Below the pieces are notes generated by a model. That model was not told the origin of the DNA. It saw only the letters and a list, made by a program, of their open reading frames with translations, and did no database searches. A stretch of 64,000 nucleotides of DNA from an uncultured bacterium (GTDB lineage: Bacteria > Babelota > Babeliae > Babelales > Babelaceae), in contig CAWKFG010000004.1 of NCBI GenBank assembly GCA_963848965.1, positions 608,001-672,000 on the forward strand, given 5' to 3'. Shown one piece after another: positions 20,219 to 29,609 of the stretch. Each line of letters begins with the position of its first letter. The stretch's first letter is position 1. The translations under genes and the position numbers were made by a program.

Positions 20219-21442
20219 CTACTTCAATTTGTCTACCATACTTGTAAGATTTTGTATAGGAAGCATTACTGCAGCTATAACAAATCCTACAACAACAAAC
20301 ATAATAACGAGCATTACAGGGCCTAATAAAGATGAAAGCGTATCTGCAGTTTCTCGTAAATCATCTTCAAAGTACCGTGCTACTGTTAAAAGCATTTTAT
20401 CTAATTGACCACTCTGTTCTCCTGTATTAATGAGGTAGGTTGCAACAGGAGGAAATAATCCTGTCTCTTTCAAGTAGTGAGCAATCTTACCTTGTTTAAT
20501 AATATTTTCACGTGCCTTTTCAAGAGAATTGGTAAGCACTTTATTATCTACAATTTTTACTACAATACCTAACGCTTCTGCTAAATTTACACCACCTTCT
20601 ATAAGCATACCAAGAGTACTACTAAATTGCACAATAGCATTGGTACGAGCAAAATAACCAATAAGCGGTAACCGTAATTTAATTTTATCAAGAGTATAAG
20701 CGCCTGAAGGAGTAGACTTCCAAAAACGGAACGCTAGTATAAGCGTAATAATAATGAGCCCTAAAGCAATATAATGATTCAATATAAAGTTAGAAACAGC
20801 AAGTAATGCTCTGGTTACAAAAGGCAGAGCGATATTTTGCCCTTCAAACACCGTTGCAATTTGAGGAACTACAAATGTAAGAAGCCCTACCACGACAAGA
20901 AGAATAACTCCCAGCTGGAAAAGAGGGTACCGCAATGCTCCTCGTACTTTCTTACGAATTTCTTCTGTTCGCTCTAAAAAGTCAGTAAGACGTTCTAAAA
21001 TAACTTCTAGCCTCCCAGTTGCTTCACCCGCTCGTACTAATTGCACATAAATAGTATCAAATACATGAGGATACTTTTGCAAACCATCAGCAAGAGAACG
21101 CCCCTCACGAAGATTATCGCGCAATACTATAACAATATTTTTTAATGTTCCTTCTGTCTGTTCAATTAAAAGCTCAAGAGCTTGCACAAGTGGTATCCCT
21201 GACCGTAGTAGTACTCCTAATTGTTTGGTAAAGAATACTTTATCCTTAAGACTTACACCACGTTGAAAAATACGTTTATAAAAAGGAACAGAGGTCGCTT
21301 GAGTGTGCGAAAGTTCTATTTTAGTAGGAAATATACCCATACGAGAAAGCTGTTCACGCGCCCCTTGAGTGGTTGAAGCATCAACATATCCTGTTACTCG
21401 TTTTCCTTCACGTGAAATTGCTTGGTAAAAATATAATGCCAT
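20219..21442 (-). CDS. gspF: T2SS inner-membrane platform protein GspF/PilC
   Basis: FFTKQLGVLLRSGIPL, GEATGRL, ALRYP, GEQSGQLDKML. Confidence 0.92.
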   Translation of the reverse strand: MALYFYQAISREGKRVTGYVDASTTQGAREQLSRMGIFPTKIELSHTQATSVPFYKRIFQRGVSLKDKVFFTKQLGVLLRSGIPLVQALELLIEQTEGTLKNIVIVLRDNLREGRSLADGLQKYPHVFDTIYVQLVRAGEATGRLEVILERLTDFLERTEEIRKKVRGALRYPLFQLGVILLVVVGLLTFVVPQIATVFEGQNIALPFVTRALLAVSNFILNHYIALGLIIITLILAFRFWKSTPSGAYTLDKIKLRLPLIGYFARTNAIVQFSSTLGMLIEGGVNLAEALGIVVKIVDNKVLTNSLEKARENIIKQGKIAHYLKETGLFPPVATYLINTGEQSGQLDKMLLTVARYFEDDLRETADTLSSLLGPVMLVIMFVVVGFVIAAVMLPIQNLTSMVDKLK

Positions 21443-21528
21443 TTAATACCCTTTAAGTCACACTTGAATAACTTTAAGCTCCATGCTACCCTGAATCCCA
21501 ACAAGGGAATTTTATAGAAAGGAGCTTT

Positions 21529-22533
21529 ATGAAACTACGCTATATATCATTTATTGTATGCGTTTGTTCCATTTTTTTAGCAAGCCATTTTACCTTTTCA
21601 TTTTCTAAAGATAGCGAAAAGAAAGGGGATAATCAATATATGCATACATTAGACGATAGCCTTCCAGAGATATTCTTTGCTCCTCTTGAATATACTCGAG
21701 CAAGCATCGAACAATTTCTTGAGCATACGTATAATCATCCTCTTTATGGCCCAAAGTTTTTTGCCTTAAATCTCTTTCATGTAGCTGAATTTCTTAAACA
21801 CGCACATAAAACAAGACAGCCAAGACGTTACATTTCAAAAGCTTTACAGCGTTTTATTCATAAGGAACATAGCCTTATCTATATTAATTCTACAGCATTT
21901 TTTGAACTTTTAGAACAACTACCTGAATTTTTAAAGCCTTATTTTGATAAAAGTAAAGAAAAAAAAGAAATACTTTCAGACATCAAACGGTGTGCTTACA
22001 ATTTTCTAGCACAAGAATTTCATTATCTAAAATCTGACCCTGACAAAGCATTAGATAAATTTGCAGAGTCCCTATATGAATGCACAACTAACAGAAATAA
22101 AGTAAAATCATATGATATTTCTAGCACACGGTTACAACAAATTATTGTAGAATTTTTAAAAACATCTTGTAGCAAACTTATTTGGAGCGCTGTCGATCAA
22201 GAATGGTCATGGAATCTTGTAAAATCATTTTCCTGTAAATTTGTAAATCTGTATAAAGCAGGCATTATTACTCCAAAACAGCTTAATGAACTGTTATGGA
22301 TTCTTTTGTACCGCTACTGTTACTTTTTAGAGCTTGAGGGTGAAAAACTGTCTCCTGAATTTTATGCTCATGTCCGCAAAGATCTCGAAACAGAACAGGT
22401 ACCTCTATGGTCAACACCTGAACGTAATCAGTATGCTATTAAAAAACTGCATTACCTTCAGCAATCTTTGATGGAAGCTGAAATTTTTGCACAAGCATAC
22501 CATTCAGGTTTAGTAGCTAAAAGAGCAGTTTAA
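21529..22533 (+). CDS. Hypothetical exported protein
   Basis: 334-aa ORF with AAGGAG RBS and signal-like N-terminus. Confidence 0.7.
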   Translation: MKLRYISFIVCVCSIFLASHFTFSFSKDSEKKGDNQYMHTLDDSLPEIFFAPLEYTRASIEQFLEHTYNHPLYGPKFFALNLFHVAEFLKHAHKTRQPRRYISKALQRFIHKEHSLIYINSTAFFELLEQLPEFLKPYFDKSKEKKEILSDIKRCAYNFLAQEFHYLKSDPDKALDKFAESLYECTTNRNKVKSYDISSTRLQQIIVEFLKTSCSKLIWSAVDQEWSWNLVKSFSCKFVNLYKAGIITPKQLNELLWILLYRYCYFLELEGEKLSPEFYAHVRKDLETEQVPLWSTPERNQYAIKKLHYLQQSLMEAEIFAQAYHSGLVAKRAV

Positions 22534-23039
22534 CGTACAGGCTGTGTTGTAGTCACTGTCGTAGTTGCCACTGGTGTAGTACTAGCTCCTACTGTACCTC
22601 GAATAACAGCACTTGTATCTGCTATTGTACCTGCAGTTGTTGTAGCTGCTGTCGTAGTTGCAGCTTGAGGTATAGTCGTTGTAACAGCAACGGGTGCTGC
22701 AGTAACTGTGGCTCCTCCTGCAACTACCGGAGTAAGTCCTGCAGTAGTTCCTGTAACTACGCCTGTTGCAGCAGCAGGGGTGCCGACAAGAGTTGCAACT
22801 GGTGTTGTCACTGTTGTAACAGGAAGAACGGGTGCTACTGCTACTGCACGTGCTTCACATCTGTTATGCTCTGCACAGGCTTGCGCGCATGTAGTGCGAG
22901 AATCAAAAGCTCGTACTCCACAAAAACCACTTGGAGAACAGCAAAAAAACATAGTTTTGGAAGCAGTTTGCGCTACTGTATCCTTTAAACAGAATCCTAT
23001 AAGTAAAAATAAGATAACTTTTAGTATAAAATTTTCCAT
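22530..23039 (-). CDS. Secreted protein with small Cys-rich domain and Thr/Ala/Val-rich tail
   Basis: Signal peptide; CC..C..C..C..C cluster; mucin-like low complexity. Confidence 0.6.
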   Translation of the reverse strand: MENFILKVILFLLIGFCLKDTVAQTASKTMFFCCSPSGFCGVRAFDSRTTCAQACAEHNRCEARAVAVAPVLPVTTVTTPVATLVGTPAAATGVVTGTTAGLTPVVAGGATVTAAPVAVTTTIPQAATTTAATTTAGTIADTSAVIRGTVGASTTPVATTTVTTTQPVR

Positions 23040-23337
23040 CTCTCTTCTTTCGTGTTACATTACATATACTAGCCTTTGCGCCGACTCTCACCCTTCATTC
23101 ACCATGTGGCTAGGGGACCAAGACAATTACATCTTGCCCACTATAAACATAAGAAGGTTGAGATGTATTATACCTACTTCCGACATGCAATAAGCCAAGA
23201 GGAAGAAGCTATAGCACAGGCAGAGGGCGTTTTTATTTTCCGTTATTTAGGAGTATACTAAAATAAATGTCTTATTTGCAATAATATGATATTTAAAATA
23301 ATTTTAGCTTTATTTTAAGCATAATGAGGAGTCTTCG

Positions 23338-23940
23338 ATGTCAAGAAGGGCAGTAAAAGGTAAACTTGAAGTCGTGTGTGGTTCAATGTTTTCAGGCAAA
23401 ACAGAAGAACTTATTCGTCGTTTAAGACGAGCAGAGCTTGCCCAGTTAAAGAGTTGTGTTTTTAAGCACCGGCTCGATGATCGTATGACTATAGAATATA
23501 TTTATGCGCATAGTGGTGACAAATTTAAAGCAATTGCACTTGATAACCCAAAAGATATGGCACTTTTCATTACCGATGATATTCAAGTTGTAGGCATTGA
23601 TGAGATACAGTTCTTTTCTTCAGATATTGTACCTGTTATTCTACAGCTCATTGATAGTGGCAAACGCGTTATTGCAGCAGGGCTCGATTTGGATTTTAGA
23701 GGAATTCCTTTTGGGTGCATTCCTACGTTACTTGCTATAGCAGACTGTGTAACCAAATTAAATGCTGTATGTATGGAATGTGGCAATGAAGCACATTTTA
23801 GCCAACGATTAATCAATGGTAAAGCTGCAAAATTTAATGATCCTATAATTATGATCGGAGCACAAGAATCATATCAAGCACGGTGCCGTGATTGTTATAT
23901 TATTGACCAAACTCCAAATGAGGTGATTATTACACGATGA
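23338..23940 (+). CDS. tdk: Thymidine kinase
   Basis: GSMFSGKTEEL, IDEIQFF, AGLDLDFRG.PFG, zinc-binding CxxC, YQARCR. Confidence 0.95.
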   Translation: MSRRAVKGKLEVVCGSMFSGKTEELIRRLRRAELAQLKSCVFKHRLDDRMTIEYIYAHSGDKFKAIALDNPKDMALFITDDIQVVGIDEIQFFSSDIVPVILQLIDSGKRVIAAGLDLDFRGIPFGCIPTLLAIADCVTKLNAVCMECGNEAHFSQRLINGKAAKFNDPIIMIGAQESYQARCRDCYIIDQTPNEVIITR

Positions 23941-25271
23941 GTAAACAAAAAACTGCCTATAACTGTGGAAACTGTAGCTATCAGACAATAAAATGGCTTG
24001 GTTGTTGTCCTGAATGTAAAGCATGGAACACCTTTGAGCCAGTAACTGTTGCGCGAGAGTATAAAACAGCTCTTAAAGCTTCTGTTCCTTTAGTGGACCT
24101 TACTACTGTAACGACGCGGCCTATGCAGCGTATGCTCTCAGGAGTCAAAGAGTGGGACAGAGTTACAGGAGGCGGTATTGTTCCCGGTGGATTTTTGATA
24201 GTAACAGGAGACCCGGGTATTGGTAAATCTACATTACTTCTTCAGATTGCCTACCGCTTGGCTCAACATCATAAAGTATTTTATTTTTCTTCAGAAGAAT
24301 CTCTTGAGCAGGTAAAATTACGTGCAGAGCGGCTTACTTGTATCTCATCAAGCCTCTTGTTTTCAGATCAAGCAAATCTTGATGAGATTATCATAACTGC
24401 CCAAACTCATAAACCTGATATTATCATTCTTGACTCTATTCAAAATTGTTATATCCAAGACCAACAAACAGTACCTGGCAGTATTGGGCAACTCAAAGAA
24501 GCTGCATTTAAACTTATGCGCCTTGCAAAAGAGCATAACATTGCTGTTATTGCAAGCGGGCATATAACAAAAGAAGGTGTCATTGCAGGACCTAAAATGC
24601 TTGAACATATGGTTGATGCAGTATTCTATTTACAAGGTGAAGATAGATGGCAAACTCGCGTGTTACGATCAGTAAAAAATAGATTTGGAACAATCAATGA
24701 ACTTGGATTCTTTGAAATGCAAGAACAAGGACTTCAAGAAGTTCCTAACATCAACCAATACTTACTTGAAGAAGTTTCACATTCTCCTGGTTCAGTACTT
24801 ATTAGCTTTATGGAAGGCTCTCGCCCACTTCTTATTGAACTTCAAGCACTTGTGCTCTCATCAAAGTATGGGATGCCACAACGTGTTGTATCTGGTATTG
24901 ATCAAACACAGGTTGTACTTATTGCAGCAATTTTAGAAAAGTATTTACAAGTAAAACTGAGCGCACATGATATCTTCTTTAAAATCAGTGGTGGCTTTAA
25001 AATTAAAAGTAATGCTGCAGATCTTGGCATTGCACTTGCACTACTTTCAAGCTATTTTCAAAAACCACTGCCAGAAAAAGCTCTTGCTTTAGGTGAAATA
25101 AGTCTTACAGGCCAAATTAAACCTATTAACTCTATTAATCTTCATGTAGGAGAAGCAGAAAAGTTTGGTATTGAGCGCCTTATGCTTGCAAGAAATCAAA
25201 AGGTAGAAACTGGCGCCAAAACTATGAAGTTTTATAATGTATATGAACTTTTATCCCTCTTTGGAGACTAA
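23937..25271 (+). CDS. radA: DNA repair protein RadA/Sms
   Basis: C4 zinc finger, GDPGIGKSTLLLQ, KNRFG, Lon-like C-terminus. Confidence 0.96.
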   Translation: MSKQKTAYNCGNCSYQTIKWLGCCPECKAWNTFEPVTVAREYKTALKASVPLVDLTTVTTRPMQRMLSGVKEWDRVTGGGIVPGGFLIVTGDPGIGKSTLLLQIAYRLAQHHKVFYFSSEESLEQVKLRAERLTCISSSLLFSDQANLDEIIITAQTHKPDIIILDSIQNCYIQDQQTVPGSIGQLKEAAFKLMRLAKEHNIAVIASGHITKEGVIAGPKMLEHMVDAVFYLQGEDRWQTRVLRSVKNRFGTINELGFFEMQEQGLQEVPNINQYLLEEVSHSPGSVLISFMEGSRPLLIELQALVLSSKYGMPQRVVSGIDQTQVVLIAAILEKYLQVKLSAHDIFFKISGGFKIKSNAADLGIALALLSSYFQKPLPEKALALGEISLTGQIKPINSINLHVGEAEKFGIERLMLARNQKVETGAKTMKFYNVYELLSLFGD

Positions 25272-25328
25272 AAAAATATTTAGGTTCTTTTAAAAACAAG
25301 CTATGGGTTATCATTTTTATAAACGAAG

Positions 25329-25460
25329 GTGAAACTCCCTAAAAAAATTGAACGTAAAAACTACTTTAAAGCTTTTAAAGTCAATACAGAAGAATTAGAG
25401 TTTGATAGAGAAGAAGCTAATCAACGTTATATTCTAATATTAGAATATAATGAAAATTAA
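25329..25460 (+). pseudogene. Remnant of an antitoxin-like small gene
   Basis: Frame ...FKVNTEELEFDREEANQR resembles the FxFDREEANxR ends of VapB/AbrB-type antitoxins; no toxin gene follows. Confidence 0.4.
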
Positions 25461-25480
25461 GGGCTGTTTCTTCAGCCCTT
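25459..25480. terminator. Hairpin between convergent genes
   Basis: aagggctg-tttctt-cagccctt. Confidence 0.55.
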
Positions 25481-25493
25481 GAAAAGTGAAATT

Positions 25494-26246
25494 TTACCGT
25501 AATGCCTTAATAATTTCCTGATAGTTTTGTGCTTGTACTTTAGCACCTTTAGATTGTACAGCCTTTAATTGCTTCTCTGCTAGACTTAAAGCAGTATTAC
25601 CATTTTTATCTCTCAAATCTTTTCGAGCTCCATGATTAAGTAAAAATTTTACTGTATCTACATCTGCCTCAAATGCAGCACTCATTAACGGAGTAGTTTC
25701 ATCGTATTCAACAGCACCATTAACATCGACACCCGCTTTAAGAAGATTTTCTAAAGTTTTATACAAAAGAGAGTTAAGCACTTGCCTCTCTTGCTCTTTC
25801 GATTTTGATTCATATTCTTCTGGATGTCGCATACGCCTATTTGCACTTTCTCCTAATTGAGTTACAATTTTAAAAAATTGAGATTGCGCTTTTCTTCTTA
25901 TTGCTTCATCTTCACTTATTTGTTTTGTGAGCCACTCTGTAACCTCTGGTATATCTAAAGATGCTGCAATCTGAGAAGCTTCTTCCTTACTAACCTCTGA
26001 TGCAGTAGAAATAACTGCCCCAATATTCTTTAAAAAATCAGGGTGACTTCTATAACTTCTCAATGGATCTAAAATTGTATAGTTAAGATTTAACAAACGT
26101 GCACCTGGTTGATCTACTCTTGCTTGAGGATACTTTTGCATCTCAGCCTTAAGCTTTTCTGAAAGTAAGTTTAAAAAGCTTTTTTGCTCCATACCCTGAA
26201 GCCCCGTACAACCTAAAAAAATAAAAAAGCCTATCTTTATATACAT
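25494..26246 (-). CDS. Secreted ankyrin protein, family B (degenerate F-box-like N-terminus)
   Basis: Signal peptide then GME; FLNLLSEKL; C-terminal TPLMSAA and TALSLA repeats. Confidence 0.8.
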   Translation of the reverse strand: MYIKIGFFIFLGCTGLQGMEQKSFLNLLSEKLKAEMQKYPQARVDQPGARLLNLNYTILDPLRSYRSHPDFLKNIGAVISTASEVSKEEASQIAASLDIPEVTEWLTKQISEDEAIRRKAQSQFFKIVTQLGESANRRMRHPEEYESKSKEQERQVLNSLLYKTLENLLKAGVDVNGAVEYDETTPLMSAAFEADVDTVKFLLNHGARKDLRDKNGNTALSLAEKQLKAVQSKGAKVQAQNYQEIIKALR

Positions 26247-26465
26247 ACCCCTCTCCTTCATTTAATTTTTGTCATTATATCTAATATTAAGTATATATTA
26301 TTTTTAATTGAAAAATAAATTATTGAGACAAATAAAATTAAAAATTCTTGGATTTTATCTTAAATAGAAATGATACAAAAACTTAAAAAGTGTAATAAGT
26401 CTCCAAGCAGTAGTAGAGATGCAGGTATAACCTTTATGTAAAAGAAGATTCAAAGCTCTTATTGT

Positions 26466-27428
26466 CTAAACATCTTTTTTGAGAAGCTCGATAATCTTTT
26501 GATATTTCTTTATTACCGCCATAAAATCTAGATTTTCAGCTGGTATTGCAGGAAGGACAGCAGCCATAAGCTGAGCTTCTTTAAGACGCAGCTCTGCTAT
26601 ATCTAAAGCAGTATGATCACTATTATTTTTCAAATCTTTTCGAGCTCCATATTTGAGCAAAAATCGTACAGTAGTAGAATCGCAATACCCTGTCGCTCTT
26701 ATTAAAGAAGTTACCCTCGTAGCCATTGTACGATCATCTTCTTGCGAGTTAATGTCAACACCAGACTTAAGAAGATTTTCTAAAGTTGTATATAAAAGTT
26801 TCTCAAGAGCAAATCTCTTTTGTTTTTCATCAGCTGTCTCTTGCTCGTGCGCTCTAATTTTGTTCCACGTATGTGAGTATTTACTTTGCCCTAAATTATC
26901 GCCTACAATGCAATAAAACTCGTAGTTGGCGTCTCTCCTCGTGACTATGTTTTCAATAATTATCTGTTTTTTAAGCCACTCAGTAACCGCAGGTATATCT
27001 AAGGCCGCCGCAATTCGAGGAATAAACATACTTTCACCTTGAGATAGTATACAAATAACAACCTCAATACTCTTTAAGAAAATTGGCAAATCAAAATAAA
27101 GCCTTAAGGGACTTAAAATAAATTCTTCTAGTCGCATGAAAGATGGTAGAACATCAGAGACTTTGAATATGGAAGCTGATAAAATGTCATACTCTTTCTC
27201 TTGACTAAACTTAGATTGCTTTTCCAATTGAATAAGACTTTTCACAATAAAAAAGATCAATTCTTTTTGAATATTTGGAGGAAGCTGGTCTAAACGAGTA
27301 GGCGCATATTTTTTTAATTCAATCACCAAATCTTGAGGCAAAAGATCCAAAAAGCTTTCTGCTTTCTTTTGCATTCCCTGAAGCCATGTATAGCTTAAAA
27401 GAGTAAGTAACACTAACTTTATATGCAT
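26466..27428 (-). CDS. Secreted ankyrin protein, family B (tandem F-box-like motifs)
   Basis: Signal peptide then GMQ; FLDLLPQDL and LDQLPPNI; C-terminal ankyrin; paralog of its neighbour. Confidence 0.8.
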   Translation of the reverse strand: MHIKLVLLTLLSYTWLQGMQKKAESFLDLLPQDLVIELKKYAPTRLDQLPPNIQKELIFFIVKSLIQLEKQSKFSQEKEYDILSASIFKVSDVLPSFMRLEEFILSPLRLYFDLPIFLKSIEVVICILSQGESMFIPRIAAALDIPAVTEWLKKQIIIENIVTRRDANYEFYCIVGDNLGQSKYSHTWNKIRAHEQETADEKQKRFALEKLLYTTLENLLKSGVDINSQEDDRTMATRVTSLIRATGYCDSTTVRFLLKYGARKDLKNNSDHTALDIAELRLKEAQLMAAVLPAIPAENLDFMAVIKKYQKIIELLKKDV

Positions 27429-27431
27429 ATG

Positions 27432-28517
27432 TTACTTACGATTATAAAATGGCTGTATAAATCGTGAGTAAACAAATTTAATATACGGTATATGACATCG
27501 CACAGGCCAGTTTATAGAATCACACACAATCATAACGGGGTTTCTGTCACGTAGTTTTACTACTGAGATAAGTATATAGTGTGATCCATTGGTAGTCTTA
27601 TAATCCTTAGAAGGGTCTCCTACTGTCTTACTAGCCCATCCTGATATACAAGATACAAAGTGAAGAGCATACGGCACATTACGCTGTACATGATCACGGA
27701 ACGTATTTAAAAGCCGATTACACATGATAGGTCCTATATCTAATATACCAGCTCCCTCGCCACCCCTTACTAAAAGTTCCGCACCTGGACCAAACTCGTT
27801 TATCTCAAGCTGTAAACCATGCTCGCGACCTAAGTGGTATCCTAGATAATAAAGAGTTGTATCAGTTCTACCTGGAACAAATAATTGTAATGTAGGATGT
27901 TGAGCTAAAATAGTAAGATGTTCAAACGTTGGAAGGTTCTGCCTTCCTGGTGCTTGCAATCTTACCACTCCAATGCCTATTTGATGAAGGATAAATTGAT
28001 GTAACTGCCAATTAATAACTGCATCATGAACATTCGGCTGTATATGAGTGGTAATATGCTGTAGCATAGTACGCGGAGTAAGTATCGGATTGGCACCTGC
28101 TAGTATCCCCTTCATTGTAGCAGCATTAACCAGTGACCAGTAGCCACAACTCCATATATCTTGTTGAGGAAAAACTTGAAAATAATGAATACGTGTTGGA
28201 TCAATTTCAGGATCACCATACAAATCTGCTGTATCATTTAAATCAACCACAGCACCAAAAAAGAGCTTTAATTGCGCTCTCTTTATCACTTCTTGTACAC
28301 GAACGCGGGAGCAACTCTTATTATTTTGATAAAGCTCTTTAACAGCTTCTCCTAACTCAATACCTATTTGGTTAACAGCTGGAGCCGGAATGCGGGGCTC
28401 TCGTGCTACTACCTCTTGAAGAGTCCTGTCTGCAAGCTCGAAAGCCTCGGTTATATTTATTTCTTGTGAAGGTGCCAAAAATAAGATAGGCGTAAGAAAT
28501 GGTTTAAAAAGAAACAT
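27432..28517 (-). CDS. Putative papain-like cysteine protease
   Basis: QQDIWSCGYWSLVN, HYILISVV and IVCDS motifs, colinear with 2094..3815. Confidence 0.5.
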   Translation of the reverse strand: MFLFKPFLTPILFLAPSQEINITEAFELADRTLQEVVAREPRIPAPAVNQIGIELGEAVKELYQNNKSCSRVRVQEVIKRAQLKLFFGAVVDLNDTADLYGDPEIDPTRIHYFQVFPQQDIWSCGYWSLVNAATMKGILAGANPILTPRTMLQHITTHIQPNVHDAVINWQLHQFILHQIGIGVVRLQAPGRQNLPTFEHLTILAQHPTLQLFVPGRTDTTLYYLGYHLGREHGLQLEINEFGPGAELLVRGGEGAGILDIGPIMCNRLLNTFRDHVQRNVPYALHFVSCISGWASKTVGDPSKDYKTTNGSHYILISVVKLRDRNPVMIVCDSINWPVRCHIPYIKFVYSRFIQPFYNRK

Positions 28518-28608
28518 AAATTGAATCCTTGGATATTTAAATTAAACATTTACTAATTGTAATGTTTATTGACTAGTGTTTTTCTTCTTTCCCTTCACGC
28601 ATCTATAA

Positions 28609-29040
28609 CTACCGTGCAAGCGCTTGCTTGAAATAGGCAAAAGCACGAGGAAGAATATACCTGTAGTTTGTATATAATACTCCTGCTCCTGCAGCATATG
28701 CTGAACCAAAAATAACTCTTCTTTTAAGTGTATTAGCAGAAGAATCTACTTTTGAATGAGGAGGAATGCTTATAAAAGATTTTCTTCCATTTTTTCTCTC
28801 TACCTCTCGTAACGCATCTTCACACTCTTGATCGGTGAGAGGAGCTGCTTGTTTAGCTCTATCTATCCAATAGTAGGCCCCTAAAAGTGAACCTAGGCCC
28901 ACACAGGTTGTACCTAATCCTTTAGCAAAGAGAATACAGCGATCATACACTGTTTTATGATACTCTACATTAACAGTGGGAGTAACACTGTATAAAGAAG
29001 TAAAGCCTATCAGCAGTAAAAATAAAATTCTTTTATTCAT
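28609..29040 (-). CDS. Small exported membrane protein
   Basis: Signal peptide, AKGLG then hydrophobic segments; translationally coupled to the upstream gene. Confidence 0.6.
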   Translation of the reverse strand: MNKRILFLLLIGFTSLYSVTPTVNVEYHKTVYDRCILFAKGLGTTCVGLGSLLGAYYWIDRAKQAAPLTDQECEDALREVERKNGRKSFISIPPHSKVDSSANTLKRRVIFGSAYAAGAGVLYTNYRYILPRAFAYFKQALAR

Positions 29041-29365
29041 AAGGCACACCCCATATAGTTCTGAGATGTTCTAGGCTTTTTGTACCTAACTTATAAGCAG
29101 GTACTAACAAGCATGCTGAAGCAAGCAACTGTGATAACCGTCTCATAACGTCCTTTGTATATACTCCTTCTTTACAGCCTGTTCCTAAACCAGCTAAGCC
29201 ACAGGTCCAAAGATATGCTGATATTAAACCAAGTCCAACACCTTTTGCTGTCTGTATATATTTAGCAGAAGAAGTCAGCTCAGGCTTTACTTGGACAGTT
29301 TCTGCCCCAAAAGAAGCACACGGTATACAAAGAACAGATACCATTAATAACAACTTTTTCACCAT
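29033..29365 (-). CDS. Small exported membrane protein (likely paralog of neighbour)
   Basis: GGAGG RBS, signal peptide, AKGVG then hydrophobic segments. Confidence 0.6.
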   Translation of the reverse strand: MVKKLLLMVSVLCIPCASFGAETVQVKPELTSSAKYIQTAKGVGLGLISAYLWTCGLAGLGTGCKEGVYTKDVMRRLSQLLASACLLVPAYKLGTKSLEHLRTIWGVPYE

Positions 29366-29609
29366 GCCCCATCCTCCATGATTTATAAAAACCTCTATCA
29401 TAAACACTTTATAATTTCTTTTTTGCAAACTCAAGAAATATCTATTTTTCAACACAATATTTTATAATAATATATAACATTGACCAGTAATTGCAAAAGC
29501 ATCAAAAATATCTATGAGAATGCGCTAACACAACTATGAAATGCTTACTCTACAAACTACTAAGAGTTCATAAGTAAGCAGTGTGCTATTGGGTAAAGAT
29601 AAGTTTTAA

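Noticed and set aside
22665..23193. Plus-strand ORFs of 107 and 161 aa
   Set aside because: Antisense shadows of the low-complexity Thr/Ala gene, which has the signal peptide
23076..23261. 61-aa ORF upstream of tdk
   Set aside because: TTG start, no RBS or recognisable motif; cannot be supported
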